Source: an uncultured Planctomycetaceae bacterium
Lineage (GTDB): Bacteria; Planctomycetota; Planctomycetia; Planctomycetales; Planctomycetaceae
Assembly: GCA_963813715.1 (NCBI GenBank)
Contig: CAWFAK010000012.1
Location: forward strand, 256,001-320,000
Reading direction: 5' to 3'
DNA length: 64,000 nucleotides
Part shown: positions 52,907 through 62,925 of the stretch, in pieces
How positions within the stretch are numbered: position 1 is the first letter of the stretch
Layout of the letters: the number at the start of each line of letters is the position of its first letter
Notes under the pieces: model-generated
Told to the model about the DNA's origin: nothing
The model's database searches: none
What the model saw: only the letters and a program-made list of their open reading frames with translations
Position numbers and translations under genes: made by a program

Positions 52907-55393
52907 ATGATCCGCGCTTGTCGTCTCGTTGCTCGCGGGAATCTGGAAAACGGAACCCGGTGCCGCCGCTGGGCGCGACACGTCGACGTGGTCGCGCTCC
53001 TCGTCGCTGTCGCGCTCGTTTTCGCGCCGACAGTGGATGCTGGGCCGCCCGCGTCGTCGGGCCGGTCGAAGTCGCGGGCGTCGACGTCTGCCGAGAAGGG
53101 GCAGATGCTTCGCGGCACGGTCGTCAAAGCGGCCGATGGGTCGCCGGTGGCCGAGGCGACGGTTTACCTGGCGACCGGACGGACGTTCAATCGGGCGAAA
53201 GAGGCGCGGACGGACGCCGCCGGGCGGTTCGAGCTCGGGCCGGTCGATGCCGGGAAATATTCGCTCTTTGCCCAGGCCGGCAACTTGATCTCGCATCTGC
53301 AGCGGCTTGAGTCCGAGCCGGTCACCGTTAAGGCCGGGGAAGCGCCGCCGCCAGTCGCCTTGCGGCTGGCCGAGGGATGCCGGTTCCGGATCACGGTGAA
53401 GCGGGCGTCCGACGGTCGGCCCATCGCCGGGGCGAAAATCGATTTCCGTTGGCCCGACATCAAACGGCAATATCCAGACCGATGCCAACGGAGTCGGCGC
53501 TGCTCGAGGGCGTGCGGCCGACCGAGCAGGTGTTTCACGTCCGGGCCGAGGGTTTCGCGCTCGACGAGAAAACGGTCGCGGCCGCTCAGCCCGGCAAGAC
53601 GAGCGAGCTGACGTTCGTGCTCGGACCAGGCGGGCGGATTGACGGCACGATGCACGACACCGAAGGGCGCCCCCTCTTTGGCATCGGCATCAGCGCGACG
53701 GTCAAGCGGTCGCCCGCCCCTCTCCGTCTGGATTACGTGAAGACCGATGGCAAAGGACGCTTCACATTCGAGAATGTGCCCATCGGCGAGACGGTCGACC
53801 TTTTCTGCTCGCAGAAGAACTTTCTGCGGAAAGAGCAGACGGTCGTGCTCGGTGCCGGCCAGAAGGTGTTGGCCGTCGACGTCGTACTCCAGCCTCGACC
53901 CAAAGGGGGCCTCGGTTTTGGTCACGGTCGTCGGGCCCGATGGCAAGCCGGTGCCGAACGCGCGGCTCGTCAATCCGGGTGACAGTAGCGCGTTCAGGCA
54001 TTACGGCCGCACGGACGACAACGGGCAATGCCAGCTCGACGATGTCTACGACATTTTCGGCCGCCACGAATTGGCTGTCACGGCGAAGGGTTTTGCGCCG
54101 CAGCAGCTCTCGTTCGATCCGGGCCCGCCCGGCAAGCCGTCACAATTAAAAGTGACGCTCGAGCCCGGACATCGCATTCGCGGACGCGTCGTGCTGGGCC
54201 CGAATCGCTACGGGGCCGGCTTGCGCGTCTTCTACGCGCGGGGCGAGCACGGCGAACTGATCGGCGGCGACGTCACGACTGATGCCGACGGGCGATTTGC
54301 CATCGACTCCTTGCCGAAAGCCTGCACGTTTACGGTCTATAGTCCGCCCGGTTACGCCCCCTTCCACGAGCAGGCGCTTCCCCTCGATGGCCCGGACGAA
54401 GTGCTGGTGCGGCTGGATGCGGCGGCCCTCGTGCGGGGACGCGTGATCGACGCGCTGAGCCGACAGCCGGCCGTGCCCTATCGCATTCGAATCATGATTT
54501 CGCGCGATCGCCGTCCGGGCGAGCCGGCTCCGGGGATGTGGAGTTCGCTGGTCGAAGAAGGACGGGTCATCACCAAGAGCGACGGAGAGTTCGAATTCGG
54601 CGACTTGCCCCGCGGCACGCCGTTACGACTGATGGTGGCGGCCGACGGCTACCAGGCGAATGCCGTCGATCGCGTCGTCGCGCTGCCGCGAGGCGAGTTC
54701 AAACCGATCGAGATTCGGCTGCTCAAGCTCGATCCGGGAGCGCTCTGCGCTTTTGCCGGGCGACTGGTGGATGCCGAAGGAAAGCCCGTTGCCGGGGCGT
54801 CGGTGCGGTTGTGGACGGCGACGAGCACTCCGGACAACCCGTCACAATTTCCGTTCAACTGGTCGATGATCAAGTCGGGCCAGCTCGAGCAGAACGATTT
54901 ATGCCGGCAGTTTCTGGCGACGACGACCGACGCGGACGGCCATTTCCATTTCGCGGGCGTCCGCGTGGCCTTCTACGCGGAGGTCGGCTACTGGGGCAAA
55001 GGCATCGCCGCCGATCGCCAGCCGGTTCATTTCGCCCCTGACGCGTCACAGCCGATGGAATTGCGTCTGCAAGCCCGCGCGGCGGCCCGGGTGATCGTCG
55101 AGGTCGATCGCGGCGTCTGGCCGAAGGCCGGCCAGGTTCAGCTCAGTGGCGACCAGGGCACTTCCGATTGGCAACTGAGCACGCTCCGCCCGGGTGAATC
55201 GAAGGTCACTTTCGAGGACCTGCCGCCCGGCACCTTTCGGTTGATTCTCGAGGGCCCGTTTCGCAACTTGGGCGGTGGCCGCCTCACCAGCGACGCCCTC
55301 AGCCACGCCACCGCCACGGTGAAAGCGGGCGAAACCGTGACCGTGCGATTCGAGAAAGACGCCGCGCGGCTTCTTCGGCTCGCGCCAGAATGA
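52907..55393 (+). CDS. Secreted carboxypeptidase-regulatory-like repeat protein, paralog 2; frameshifts near 53475 and 53905
   Basis: ATG at 52907 after AGGGAG; colinear with 42640..45157 (e.g. CQLDDVYDIFGRHEL, ITKSDGEFEFGD.PRGTPLRLMV). Confidence 0.8.
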
Positions 55394-55419
55394 AACAGAG
55401 CGAATGCGACGGCGCTCGA

Positions 55420-57753
55420 TCAGTGCGCCCCGCCGAGCTGTTCCAAAAAGTACGTGGCGATCCGCGTGTATAGCTCGCGAACCTCGATCGGTTGGCTGAC
55501 CATGTGGGTCTGGCCGGCTAGCGGCAGGAACTCGAAGTCGCGGCCCGAGCGGAACAGCGCGTCGGCCAGTCGGATGCTGTGGAGGAAGTAGACGTTGTCG
55601 TCGGCCGTGCCATGAATCAGCAAGAGCGGCCTGCGGAGCTCGTGGGCGACTTCCAGCACGGAGCTGACTTTGTAGGGGAGTGAATTGGTCGTCGGCACGC
55701 CGAGGTAACGCTCGGTGTAGTGCGTGTCGTAGTCGAGCCAGTCGGTGACGGGAGCGCCGGCCACGCCCGCGTGATAGACGTCGGGCCGCCGCGTCACGGC
55801 GCTTGCCGTGAAATAGCCGCCGAAGGACCAGCCGAAAACGCCGACCTTCGAGAGATCGAGCTCCGGATATTTGGCGCCGAGCGCCTGCAGTCCGCTCACC
55901 TGGTCGGCTAGCGGCACTTCGATGAGATTGTTTTTGATCGCCCGTTCCCAGGCGCGGCCGCGGGCAGGCGTGCCGCGACCGTCGAGCGAGACGACGATGA
56001 AACCCTGCTCGGCAAACCAGCCGTCGAGCAAGTAACGCGAACGCGCCGTGGTGACCATTTGCGAGTGCGGCCCGGCATAGACGCTGACAAAGACGGGATA
56101 ACGCTTGCCCACCTGGAAATCGTGCGGGCGAATGACGGCCGCGTGGAAGCTCGGGTTCGTGCCGACCGTCGTCAGCTCGACCGTCGGGAGCAAACCGGGC
56201 GTGCGGGCCAGGCTCTTGAGCTCGCCGGCCACACTGCCGTCGCGGCGATAGACGACTTGCTTCGAGTTGGACGTCAGCGACTGGGAGCCGCGGACGCTGA
56301 CTCCGCTCTCTTCCGCGACAATGGCGCTGTGCTCGCCCGGTTCGTGCGTCAGTTGCTCGGCCGCGGGGATGGCGTCGCCCGGTTGGTCCAGGGGGACGCG
56401 ATAGACGTGCGTCTGCGTCGGATCTTCGCCGCCGGCCACCCAGGCCGTGCCCGTCGATTCGTCGACGCCGATCAGGTGCCGAAGGTTGAGTTCGGGCGCG
56501 GTGAGGATGCGAGCCAGGCTGCCGTCGCGATGGTGCGATTCCAATTGCCAGGTGCCGCGACGCTCGGTCGCCCAGAGGAACGATTGGCCGTCGCGTCGCC
56601 ACTTCGGCAGATGGCCGTTGAGGTTGATCCAGGCCTCGTCAGTTTCGCGGAGCAGCTCCTTCGTTTGGCCGTTGGCCGGATCGATTTCGTAGAGAATCTC
56701 CAGCGTCTGCTCACGGTTCTGCACCAGGATCACGAGCGGAGCGTTCTTCTCCCAGATGACGCGGGCGAGATACGGCAGCTTGACGTTGTCCCAGGCGACC
56801 CACGTCGTTTGGCCACCCGCAACGGGAATCACGCCCACGCGGACGATGGCGTTGTTCTTGCCGGGCCGCGGATAGCGGAACGTTTGAGCCGGCCGCTCCG
56901 GGTGAGCCGGATCGGGGATCGACAGCTCTTCGACGGACGCGGTGTTCGTCTCCTGGTAGACGAGCTGCTGGCTGTCGGGCGACCACCAGTAGCCGTGCAT
57001 GCGATCCATTTCTTCCTGCGCGACGAACTCTGCCAGTCCGTGCGACAGCGTGGCGGTGGCTCCGGTGGTCAGCCGTCGCTCGCTGCCGGTGGCGACATCG
57101 GTGACGTAAAGGTCGCCGTCGCGGACGCAGGCGATGAGCTTGCCGTCCGGCGAGAACTGGGCGTCGATCGGAGAGCCGGCCGTGCTCGTCAGCTTGTGGA
57201 TCGCACCCGTCGATCGCTCGAGCACGTAGAGTTTTTCGGAGAGCGGCACGAGCACGCGGCTGCCGTCATCGGAGAGGTCGAACGTGGCGATCCCGCCGGC
57301 CGACAGTCGCATCCGTTCCCGCCGCGCCTTCTCGGCGGCCGAGAGCGTCTCCTTGGCGCCGCCGAGCAGTTGGGCGGCCGTCGCCAGCACCCGCTCGTTG
57401 CCGGTGGCGACGTCGAATTCGTAGAGGTTCCGCTGGAAACTGCCCGCGGCCGCACGGAGGAACAAGACGGCATCGCCCGCACGTGTGATGTGGGCGCCGG
57501 TCGGAAGCCCGTTGGAAAATCGCCGCGTCGCCGCGTATTGCTCGAGGAACTCGGGCTGCTTGAGCGCCGCACGGAGCCCCTTGGCCGACGATGTGGCGGC
57601 CACACCGGGGCTGGCCAGGGCGGTGCGCTCGACGACCGACGATCCCGCCGATTGGGCCCGCACGACGCCGGCCGGGCCGCAAGCGCAAGCGAAGAGCGCG
57701 ACCGTCGCGACGAACAGGCGGGGCGAAACGATCCGAGACGCGTGCATGGGCAA
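55420..57753 (-). CDS. S9 family peptidase (dipeptidyl peptidase IV-like)
   Basis: AQEEM, GWSFGG nucleophile motif, HGTADDNV and catalytic His (GQTH). Confidence 0.93.
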   Translation of the reverse strand: MPMHASRIVSPRLFVATVALFACACGPAGVVRAQSAGSSVVERTALASPGVAATSSAKGLRAALKQPEFLEQYAATRRFSNGLPTGAHITRAGDAVLFLRAAAGSFQRNLYEFDVATGNERVLATAAQLLGGAKETLSAAEKARRERMRLSAGGIATFDLSDDGSRVLVPLSEKLYVLERSTGAIHKLTSTAGSPIDAQFSPDGKLIACVRDGDLYVTDVATGSERRLTTGATATLSHGLAEFVAQEEMDRMHGYWWSPDSQQLVYQETNTASVEELSIPDPAHPERPAQTFRYPRPGKNNAIVRVGVIPVAGGQTTWVAWDNVKLPYLARVIWEKNAPLVILVQNREQTLEILYEIDPANGQTKELLRETDEAWINLNGHLPKWRRDGQSFLWATERRGTWQLESHHRDGSLARILTAPELNLRHLIGVDESTGTAWVAGGEDPTQTHVYRVPLDQPGDAIPAAEQLTHEPGEHSAIVAEESGVSVRGSQSLTSNSKQVVYRRDGSVAGELKSLARTPGLLPTVELTTVGTNPSFHAAVIRPHDFQVGKRYPVFVSVYAGPHSQMVTTARSRYLLDGWFAEQGFIVVSLDGRGTPARGRAWERAIKNNLIEVPLADQVSGLQALGAKYPELDLSKVGVFGWSFGGYFTASAVTRRPDVYHAGVAGAPVTDWLDYDTHYTERYLGVPTTNSLPYKVSSVLEVAHELRRPLLLIHGTADDNVYFLHSIRLADALFRSGRDFEFLPLAGQTHMVSQPIEVRELYTRIATYFLEQLGGAH

Positions 57754-57768
57754 ATCACTTTCGGCGGA

Positions 57769-58440
57769 TCAGTGAACGATTTGAATTTCGGCACGCACCG
57801 GCTCTTGTGTCGGAGCGCGGCACGACGTCTGGTTGCAGGCCTGATAATGCAGCGCGCCCTCCAGACCGAGCGAACCTGCCGGAGCGTCCTTCGCCACGCG
57901 GACCGCCCGCGTGAACGCGGCGGCGCCCTCGTAGTAAAAGGCCGGCTCCTGCGGATGGGCATCGTCCAGGGTCGGCTCCGGACCGCTCCAATCACCCTCC
58001 CAAGTCATCGCTTTCGGCAGTTTGAGGTCGATGGACGTAGGAACGGACGGCCCGGTGGGACGATCGATGGCGTAGATGTGCCAGCCCGTTTCGATGTGCG
58101 CTTCGACGCGAATCGTGAACGTGTCGCCCGCGTGGACCGTGGATCGATCGACGACGGCCGAAGCCGTGACGACGCCGTCCGACCGTGCGGCGGCACCGGG
58201 CGGCTTGGGCGGGCGCGGGGCCGTCGAGACAGAGACTTTCGGCGCGGAGCCCGTCACTACAGGAGCTGGCGAAACAGGAGCAGCGGACGCCGGCGGCTGC
58301 GCGGCGCGATCGGCCGCGGCCGGCTCCGCCTTCACCGCGGCGCTGCTCCGGTCACCGGCCGGTGCGACGGGCTGGCTGCTATCCGCGCACCCGCCGAGGA
58401 GCATCGCCGCAGCCAAAGGCAGACCGACATACAGCAGCAC
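57769..58440 (-). CDS. Lipoprotein with a DsbD N-terminal (Ig-like) domain; start uncertain
   Basis: Lipobox LGGC; GWHIYA and YQACNQTSCRAP motifs. Confidence 0.75.
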   Translation of the reverse strand: MLLYVGLPLAAAMLLGGCADSSQPVAPAGDRSSAAVKAEPAAADRAAQPPASAAPVSPAPVVTGSAPKVSVSTAPRPPKPPGAAARSDGVVTASAVVDRSTVHAGDTFTIRVEAHIETGWHIYAIDRPTGPSVPTSIDLKLPKAMTWEGDWSGPEPTLDDAHPQEPAFYYEGAAAFTRAVRVAKDAPAGSLGLEGALHYQACNQTSCRAPTQEPVRAEIQIVH

Positions 58441-58471
58441 GCAAGCCGCTCGTGCCGACCGCCGTCTTTGG

Positions 58472-59881
58472 TTAGCGCTTCGCCAAGAGCTGCCGGACAA
58501 CTTCGCCGACCTCCTGTTGCAGCGTAGGCGAGTAGCCGACATGCAAGTCATGAACTTTGCCCTGCGGATCGATGATCACCAGCGTGGGATAACCGCGGAC
58601 GCCGAATTGTTGCGGCACTTTGCGATCGACGCGCAACGTGGCGTAGTCCAGTTTCATTTTGTCGACGACGAACTTCGCGTCCGCTTCGACCGGATCGATG
58701 TTCATGCCAATGATGGCGACCGGAGCCTGCTTGAACTCGGCGGCCAGTTGTTTCATTTGCGGCATCGCCCGCATGCACCAGCCGCAACCGCGATACCAAA
58801 AATCGAGGACGACGACTTTGCCCTTATAGTCCTTGAGCGAGTGCGGCTTGCCGGCGAGGTCGGTCGCCTCGAAGTCGACGGCCGGCTTGCCCACGACTTT
58901 TGCTCGCCGCTCGGCTTCCTCGGCCGTGTACTTCGCCCTTCGCTCGTGCGACTTGAGGCCTTCCGCAAGCTGTTCCTTGAACAACGGCGTGATCACGTCC
59001 TTTTCCGCTGCCGTCAAAATGGCCTTCGCCTCCTCGAGCAGCTTCTTGCTGTCTTTCTCGCTCTTGGCCGCCTGCGACACCTTGTCGTCGTAAGCGCGGT
59101 CGGCCCGGAAATAACGATCGGCATCGGCCCAGAGTTTCTGCCCCCATTCGGCGTTGTGTTTTTCGACCGAGACCAGCGACAGCGTGCCGTTCGACTTGCT
59201 CTTGCTGCCCCAGTCCTGCGTCGTCTCGGTACGGGTCTTGGTCATCAGGCCGCGATTAGCGTCGACGTCGATCGTCGTCTGGCGATTCACCAGGTAGATT
59301 TCGTCGAGCGGTGTCTTGCTGGTTTCGGCAATCGTCCATTCGCCGGCAGTCGCCTTGGGCTGCGACTCGACCTTGAACGAGCAGCGGGCGTCATCTTGAC
59401 CGTGAACGGTCTGCCAGCCGGCGGCAAGCTCTTTCGCATTCTCTGCGAGCTTGGGAAACAGACTGGTCGGATCGATCGAAAAACCGGTCGTCGGATTGGT
59501 GATCACGCGGCCGTCCGGAAAGACGTCGCAGTAACCGAACGAGTCGTGACTGCGTCCGGCCGATTTGCCGTCGAACTTATAGGATTGCGCGGAGCGAAGC
59601 AGGACCCGATAGCTTCCGTCGCTATTCTTGGCGACCACCGACGCGGTCCAGTCCGTGTGCATGCTGTAGCTGCTGCGGGCTTTGCCCTCTCCCCGTTTGC
59701 TGTCGGTGTCCTGTTTGTATTTCAGCTCTTGGCCAACCTCCAGGTGATAGGCGGGCACGGCCTGGGGCGCGTCGGCCGCGCGAGTCAAGCTACCGCCCAG
59801 GGAGAAGGCCAACGCCGCGATCGCCAGAGCCAACACATGCCGCTGCAGAACAAGATGTCGGTGCCAAGTCGTTCGAGCCAT
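58472..59881 (-). CDS. TlpA/ResA-like thiol-disulfide oxidoreductase with an N-terminal beta-rich domain
   Basis: ATG at 59881 after GGGAGG; GKVVVLDFWYRGCGWC and GYPTLVIID motifs. Confidence 0.88.
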   Translation of the reverse strand: MARTTWHRHLVLQRHVLALAIAALAFSLGGSLTRAADAPQAVPAYHLEVGQELKYKQDTDSKRGEGKARSSYSMHTDWTASVVAKNSDGSYRVLLRSAQSYKFDGKSAGRSHDSFGYCDVFPDGRVITNPTTGFSIDPTSLFPKLAENAKELAAGWQTVHGQDDARCSFKVESQPKATAGEWTIAETSKTPLDEIYLVNRQTTIDVDANRGLMTKTRTETTQDWGSKSKSNGTLSLVSVEKHNAEWGQKLWADADRYFRADRAYDDKVSQAAKSEKDSKKLLEEAKAILTAAEKDVITPLFKEQLAEGLKSHERRAKYTAEEAERRAKVVGKPAVDFEATDLAGKPHSLKDYKGKVVVLDFWYRGCGWCMRAMPQMKQLAAEFKQAPVAIIGMNIDPVEADAKFVVDKMKLDYATLRVDRKVPQQFGVRGYPTLVIIDPQGKVHDLHVGYSPTLQQEVGEVVRQLLAKR

Positions 59882-60091
59882 GCTTCCCTCCCGTTGGGAG
59901 TTGAAATCCGTTCGATCCGCCGATCGGGCGAAGTCTGCGCCAAACACGTGGGGGCGCCACCGCCGGCCACGATTCTACCGCGCTCGATTTCCAACCGAAA
60001 TCGTCGATTTTTTGGCAGAGGCAGGAGCCGGTCCGATCGCCTCGCGGCGGCCGCAATCTCGACCAAATAGAACTCGCTGCGGGCCCGGTGT

Positions 60092-60121
60092 TTGACATCC
60101 GGCTCGGGAATCGGATCATAA
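60092..60121 (+). promoter_or_regulatory. Possible promoter for the NfeD-flotillin operon
   Basis: Perfect TTGACA at 60092-60097; -10 element is weak. Confidence 0.3.
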
Positions 60122-60248
60122 AGGTGAGCATTTTCGCAAATCGGGCTGATCCGTTCGGTTCGGCCCAGCGTTTCTCGCAGTGTTCCCGGCAGTGTACCGA
60201 CGTCAGGGGAACGCCCGGCTCGGCGCCGCCCGCGTAGGAGGGAAGTCC

Positions 60249-60884
60249 ATGGAAACCCTCTATCTCTATTGTGCCGCGATCGGTGTGGCGCTCTTGGCGG
60301 GACAGCTCTTGCTCAGCCTGTTTGGCGTGGGGCACCACGATTTTGGCGCCGGCCACGACATCGATCTGGCGGGCGAGTCCGGCAATTCCCACGGCGACTT
60401 CCACGCCGCACATCCCGACCGGGGCGGGCAGTGGTTCGTGGGGATGCTCAGCTTCCGCGCGATCGTGTCGGCCGTGGCAGTGTTCGGGCTGGTCGGTCTC
60501 GGCCTCGACCGCCTGTTCGATCCGCCGGCTCCGGGCGAGGCCTTTGTGCTCGCGCTTGTAGCCGGCGTGGCGATGATGTACGCCGTCGGCTGGTTGCTGC
60601 GGGTGGCCTACAGCCTGCGGTCCGACGGCACCGTCCACATCGAGCGCACGGTCGGCCTGACGGGGCAGACCTATCTCACCATCCCGCCGCACAAGACGGG
60701 CGCGGGCAAGGTCACCGTCAAGGTGCAGGGACGCAGCATGCAATTCCTGGCCCTGACCGGCGGAGAAGAAATTCCGACCGGAACGGCCGTCGTCGTGCTG
60801 GGCGTTCTGACTCCCCAGTCGGTGGAGGTCGCCCGCGCCGAAATCACATCCCCCCTGCCCTTGGGAGGTCCGGCCCATGTTTGA
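60249..60884 (+). CDS. NfeD-like membrane protein (C-terminal OB fold)
   Basis: ATG at 60249 after AGGAGG; TM segments, then YLTIP...GKV.V.VQGR; overlaps the flotillin start. Confidence 0.85.
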   Translation: METLYLYCAAIGVALLAGQLLLSLFGVGHHDFGAGHDIDLAGESGNSHGDFHAAHPDRGGQWFVGMLSFRAIVSAVAVFGLVGLGLDRLFDPPAPGEAFVLALVAGVAMMYAVGWLLRVAYSLRSDGTVHIERTVGLTGQTYLTIPPHKTGAGKVTVKVQGRSMQFLALTGGEEIPTGTAVVVLGVLTPQSVEVARAEITSPLPLGGPAHV

Positions 60885-62544
60885 TCTCTCTCACTGCTTC
60901 CCGCTGGCTCGTACGTCGGACGCAGCCCTCTTGGCTGCGGCGTCGGAAGGTTCGATCTACTTGCTCCTGAGCGCGTGCGTGGCGTGTGCCGCGGTCTTCG
61001 GCACCCTGCTCTTCATCGCCAGGCGTTACAAGCGATGCCCCAGCAACCGCGTGCTGGTGGTGTTTGGAAAAGTGGCTGGCGGCCGCTCGGCGACGTGTAT
61101 CCATGGCGGCGGCCGCTTCGTGCTGCCGATCATCCAGGACTACGCGTTCATGAGCCTGGAGCCGATCCAGATTGAGGTGCCGCTGCACGACGCGCTGTCG
61201 AGTGAGAACATTCGCGTCAACGTGCCGAGCGTGTTTACCGTGGCGATCGGCATCGAGCCGTCCACGATGCAGAACGCGGCCATCCGTTTGCTGGGCCTCG
61301 ACCTGCCCCACATCAAGAAGCAGGCCGAAGACATCATCTTTGGCCAGTTGCGGCAAGTGATCGCCTCGATGCGGATCGAGGACATCAATCGTGACCGCGA
61401 AGGTTTTCTGCACAACATCCAAAGCTCGGTCGAACCCGAGCTGGAAAAGATCGGCCTGGTGCTGATCAACGTCAACATCACCGACCTGACCGACGGCTCG
61501 GGCTACATCGAAGCCATCGGCCGCAAGGCAGCGTCCGAAGCCATTCAAAAAGCCCGCGGCGACGTGGCCGAGCAGGAGAAGCTGGGCGAGGTCCGCGTGG
61601 CCGAGGCCGAGCGGGACAAGCAGATTCAGGTGGCCGAAGCGAGCAAGCTCCGCGAGATCGGCCTGCGGGCCGCCAAGCGCGAGCAAGCTGTGCGCGTCGC
61701 CGACCTCAACAAAGAGCAGCAGGTCGGCGAGCAGCGGGCCGCATTCGGACAGAACATGGAAGTGGCCGAGGCCGATCGCGAAAAACGAATCGCCGTCGCC
61801 AACGCGAACGCAATCGCCTTCGCGGGCGAGGCCGAGTCGCAGGCCAAGGTCGCGGAGGCCGAGGCTCGCCTCGCTGTGAAGAAGGCCGAGGCGTTCCAGC
61901 TCGGCGAAACGCGGCGGCGCGAAGCCGAAGCGGCCGTGCAGGAAGCCCAGAACCGGGCGATGGCCAAGGCCGCACTCGCCGAGGCGGAGAAAGTCGAAGC
62001 CGAACGCCGGGCCGCCGTCGAGGCGCCGGCCAAGGCCGAGAAAGCCAAGATTATCGTCGCCGCCCAGGCCGAGGCAGAAAAACGCAAGTTGGAAGCGGAA
62101 GGCGAGGCGAGCGCCATCTTCGCCCGGCTCGAAGCCGAGGCCCGCGGCCAGTACGAAATTCTCGCCAAGAAGGGCGAAGGCTTCCGCGCGATGATCGAAG
62201 CCTGCGGCGGAGCCAATCAGGCCTTCCAGATGCTGATGATCGAGCACCTCGACAAGCTGGCCGAAACGTCGGCCAAGGCCATCTCGAACATCAAGTTCGA
62301 CAAGGTCGTGGTTTGGGAAAACGGTGGCAAACAGGACGGCCAGACGTCGACGGCCAACTTTCTCCACGGGATGACGCGCACGCTGCCGCCCATGCTGCAG
62401 GTGCTGCGCGACATTGCGGGCGTCGAGGTGCCGGAGACACTCGTCAAGCTCTCGCCGGAGGCGCTGAATGGCGCTTCGAGCCGGCTCGCGCCCACCAACG
62501 GCGATCCGGCCGCCGGCACTGCCACGTTGCCGGAGAGCCGGTAG
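60877..62544 (+). CDS. Flotillin/SPFH domain protein
   Basis: RYKRCPSN, FVLPIIQD, GQLRQVIA and EA-rich coiled coil. Confidence 0.92.
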   Translation: MFDLSHCFPLARTSDAALLAAASEGSIYLLLSACVACAAVFGTLLFIARRYKRCPSNRVLVVFGKVAGGRSATCIHGGGRFVLPIIQDYAFMSLEPIQIEVPLHDALSSENIRVNVPSVFTVAIGIEPSTMQNAAIRLLGLDLPHIKKQAEDIIFGQLRQVIASMRIEDINRDREGFLHNIQSSVEPELEKIGLVLINVNITDLTDGSGYIEAIGRKAASEAIQKARGDVAEQEKLGEVRVAEAERDKQIQVAEASKLREIGLRAAKREQAVRVADLNKEQQVGEQRAAFGQNMEVAEADREKRIAVANANAIAFAGEAESQAKVAEAEARLAVKKAEAFQLGETRRREAEAAVQEAQNRAMAKAALAEAEKVEAERRAAVEAPAKAEKAKIIVAAQAEAEKRKLEAEGEASAIFARLEAEARGQYEILAKKGEGFRAMIEACGGANQAFQMLMIEHLDKLAETSAKAISNIKFDKVVVWENGGKQDGQTSTANFLHGMTRTLPPMLQVLRDIAGVEVPETLVKLSPEALNGASSRLAPTNGDPAAGTATLPESR

Positions 62545-62925
62545 CACTCAGCTCGGAGAGTCGGTTCGTGGGCACTGGTGTGTCTCTTGCGCCGGGCGCG
62601 CCGTCAGACCGAACACACTCCCGGCGGCTCAGCGCCGCTTCGCATGGTCGCCTCAGCGAGTGACCGCGGTGGGGAAGCGATCGCCTGAAAGCGGAGATGG
62701 CGGCTCAGACCTCTGCACGTAAGAGTTGGGGGCTTCGAGCGCGAATTTTCAGAAAAACCGCGCGGTTCGGGAACGGTCCGTGCTTATCCCAAAGAGCTGG
62801 CGCTCCTTCGCCTCAACAACTGCTTGATTGGGTCAAACCGTTCGAGTAGCTTCGGAACCATTCGGCTCGGCGAGCGTCGAAGCGGGTGCGGGAGAGGCGC
62901 GCAACAGGATTCAGGAGGACGTGAC

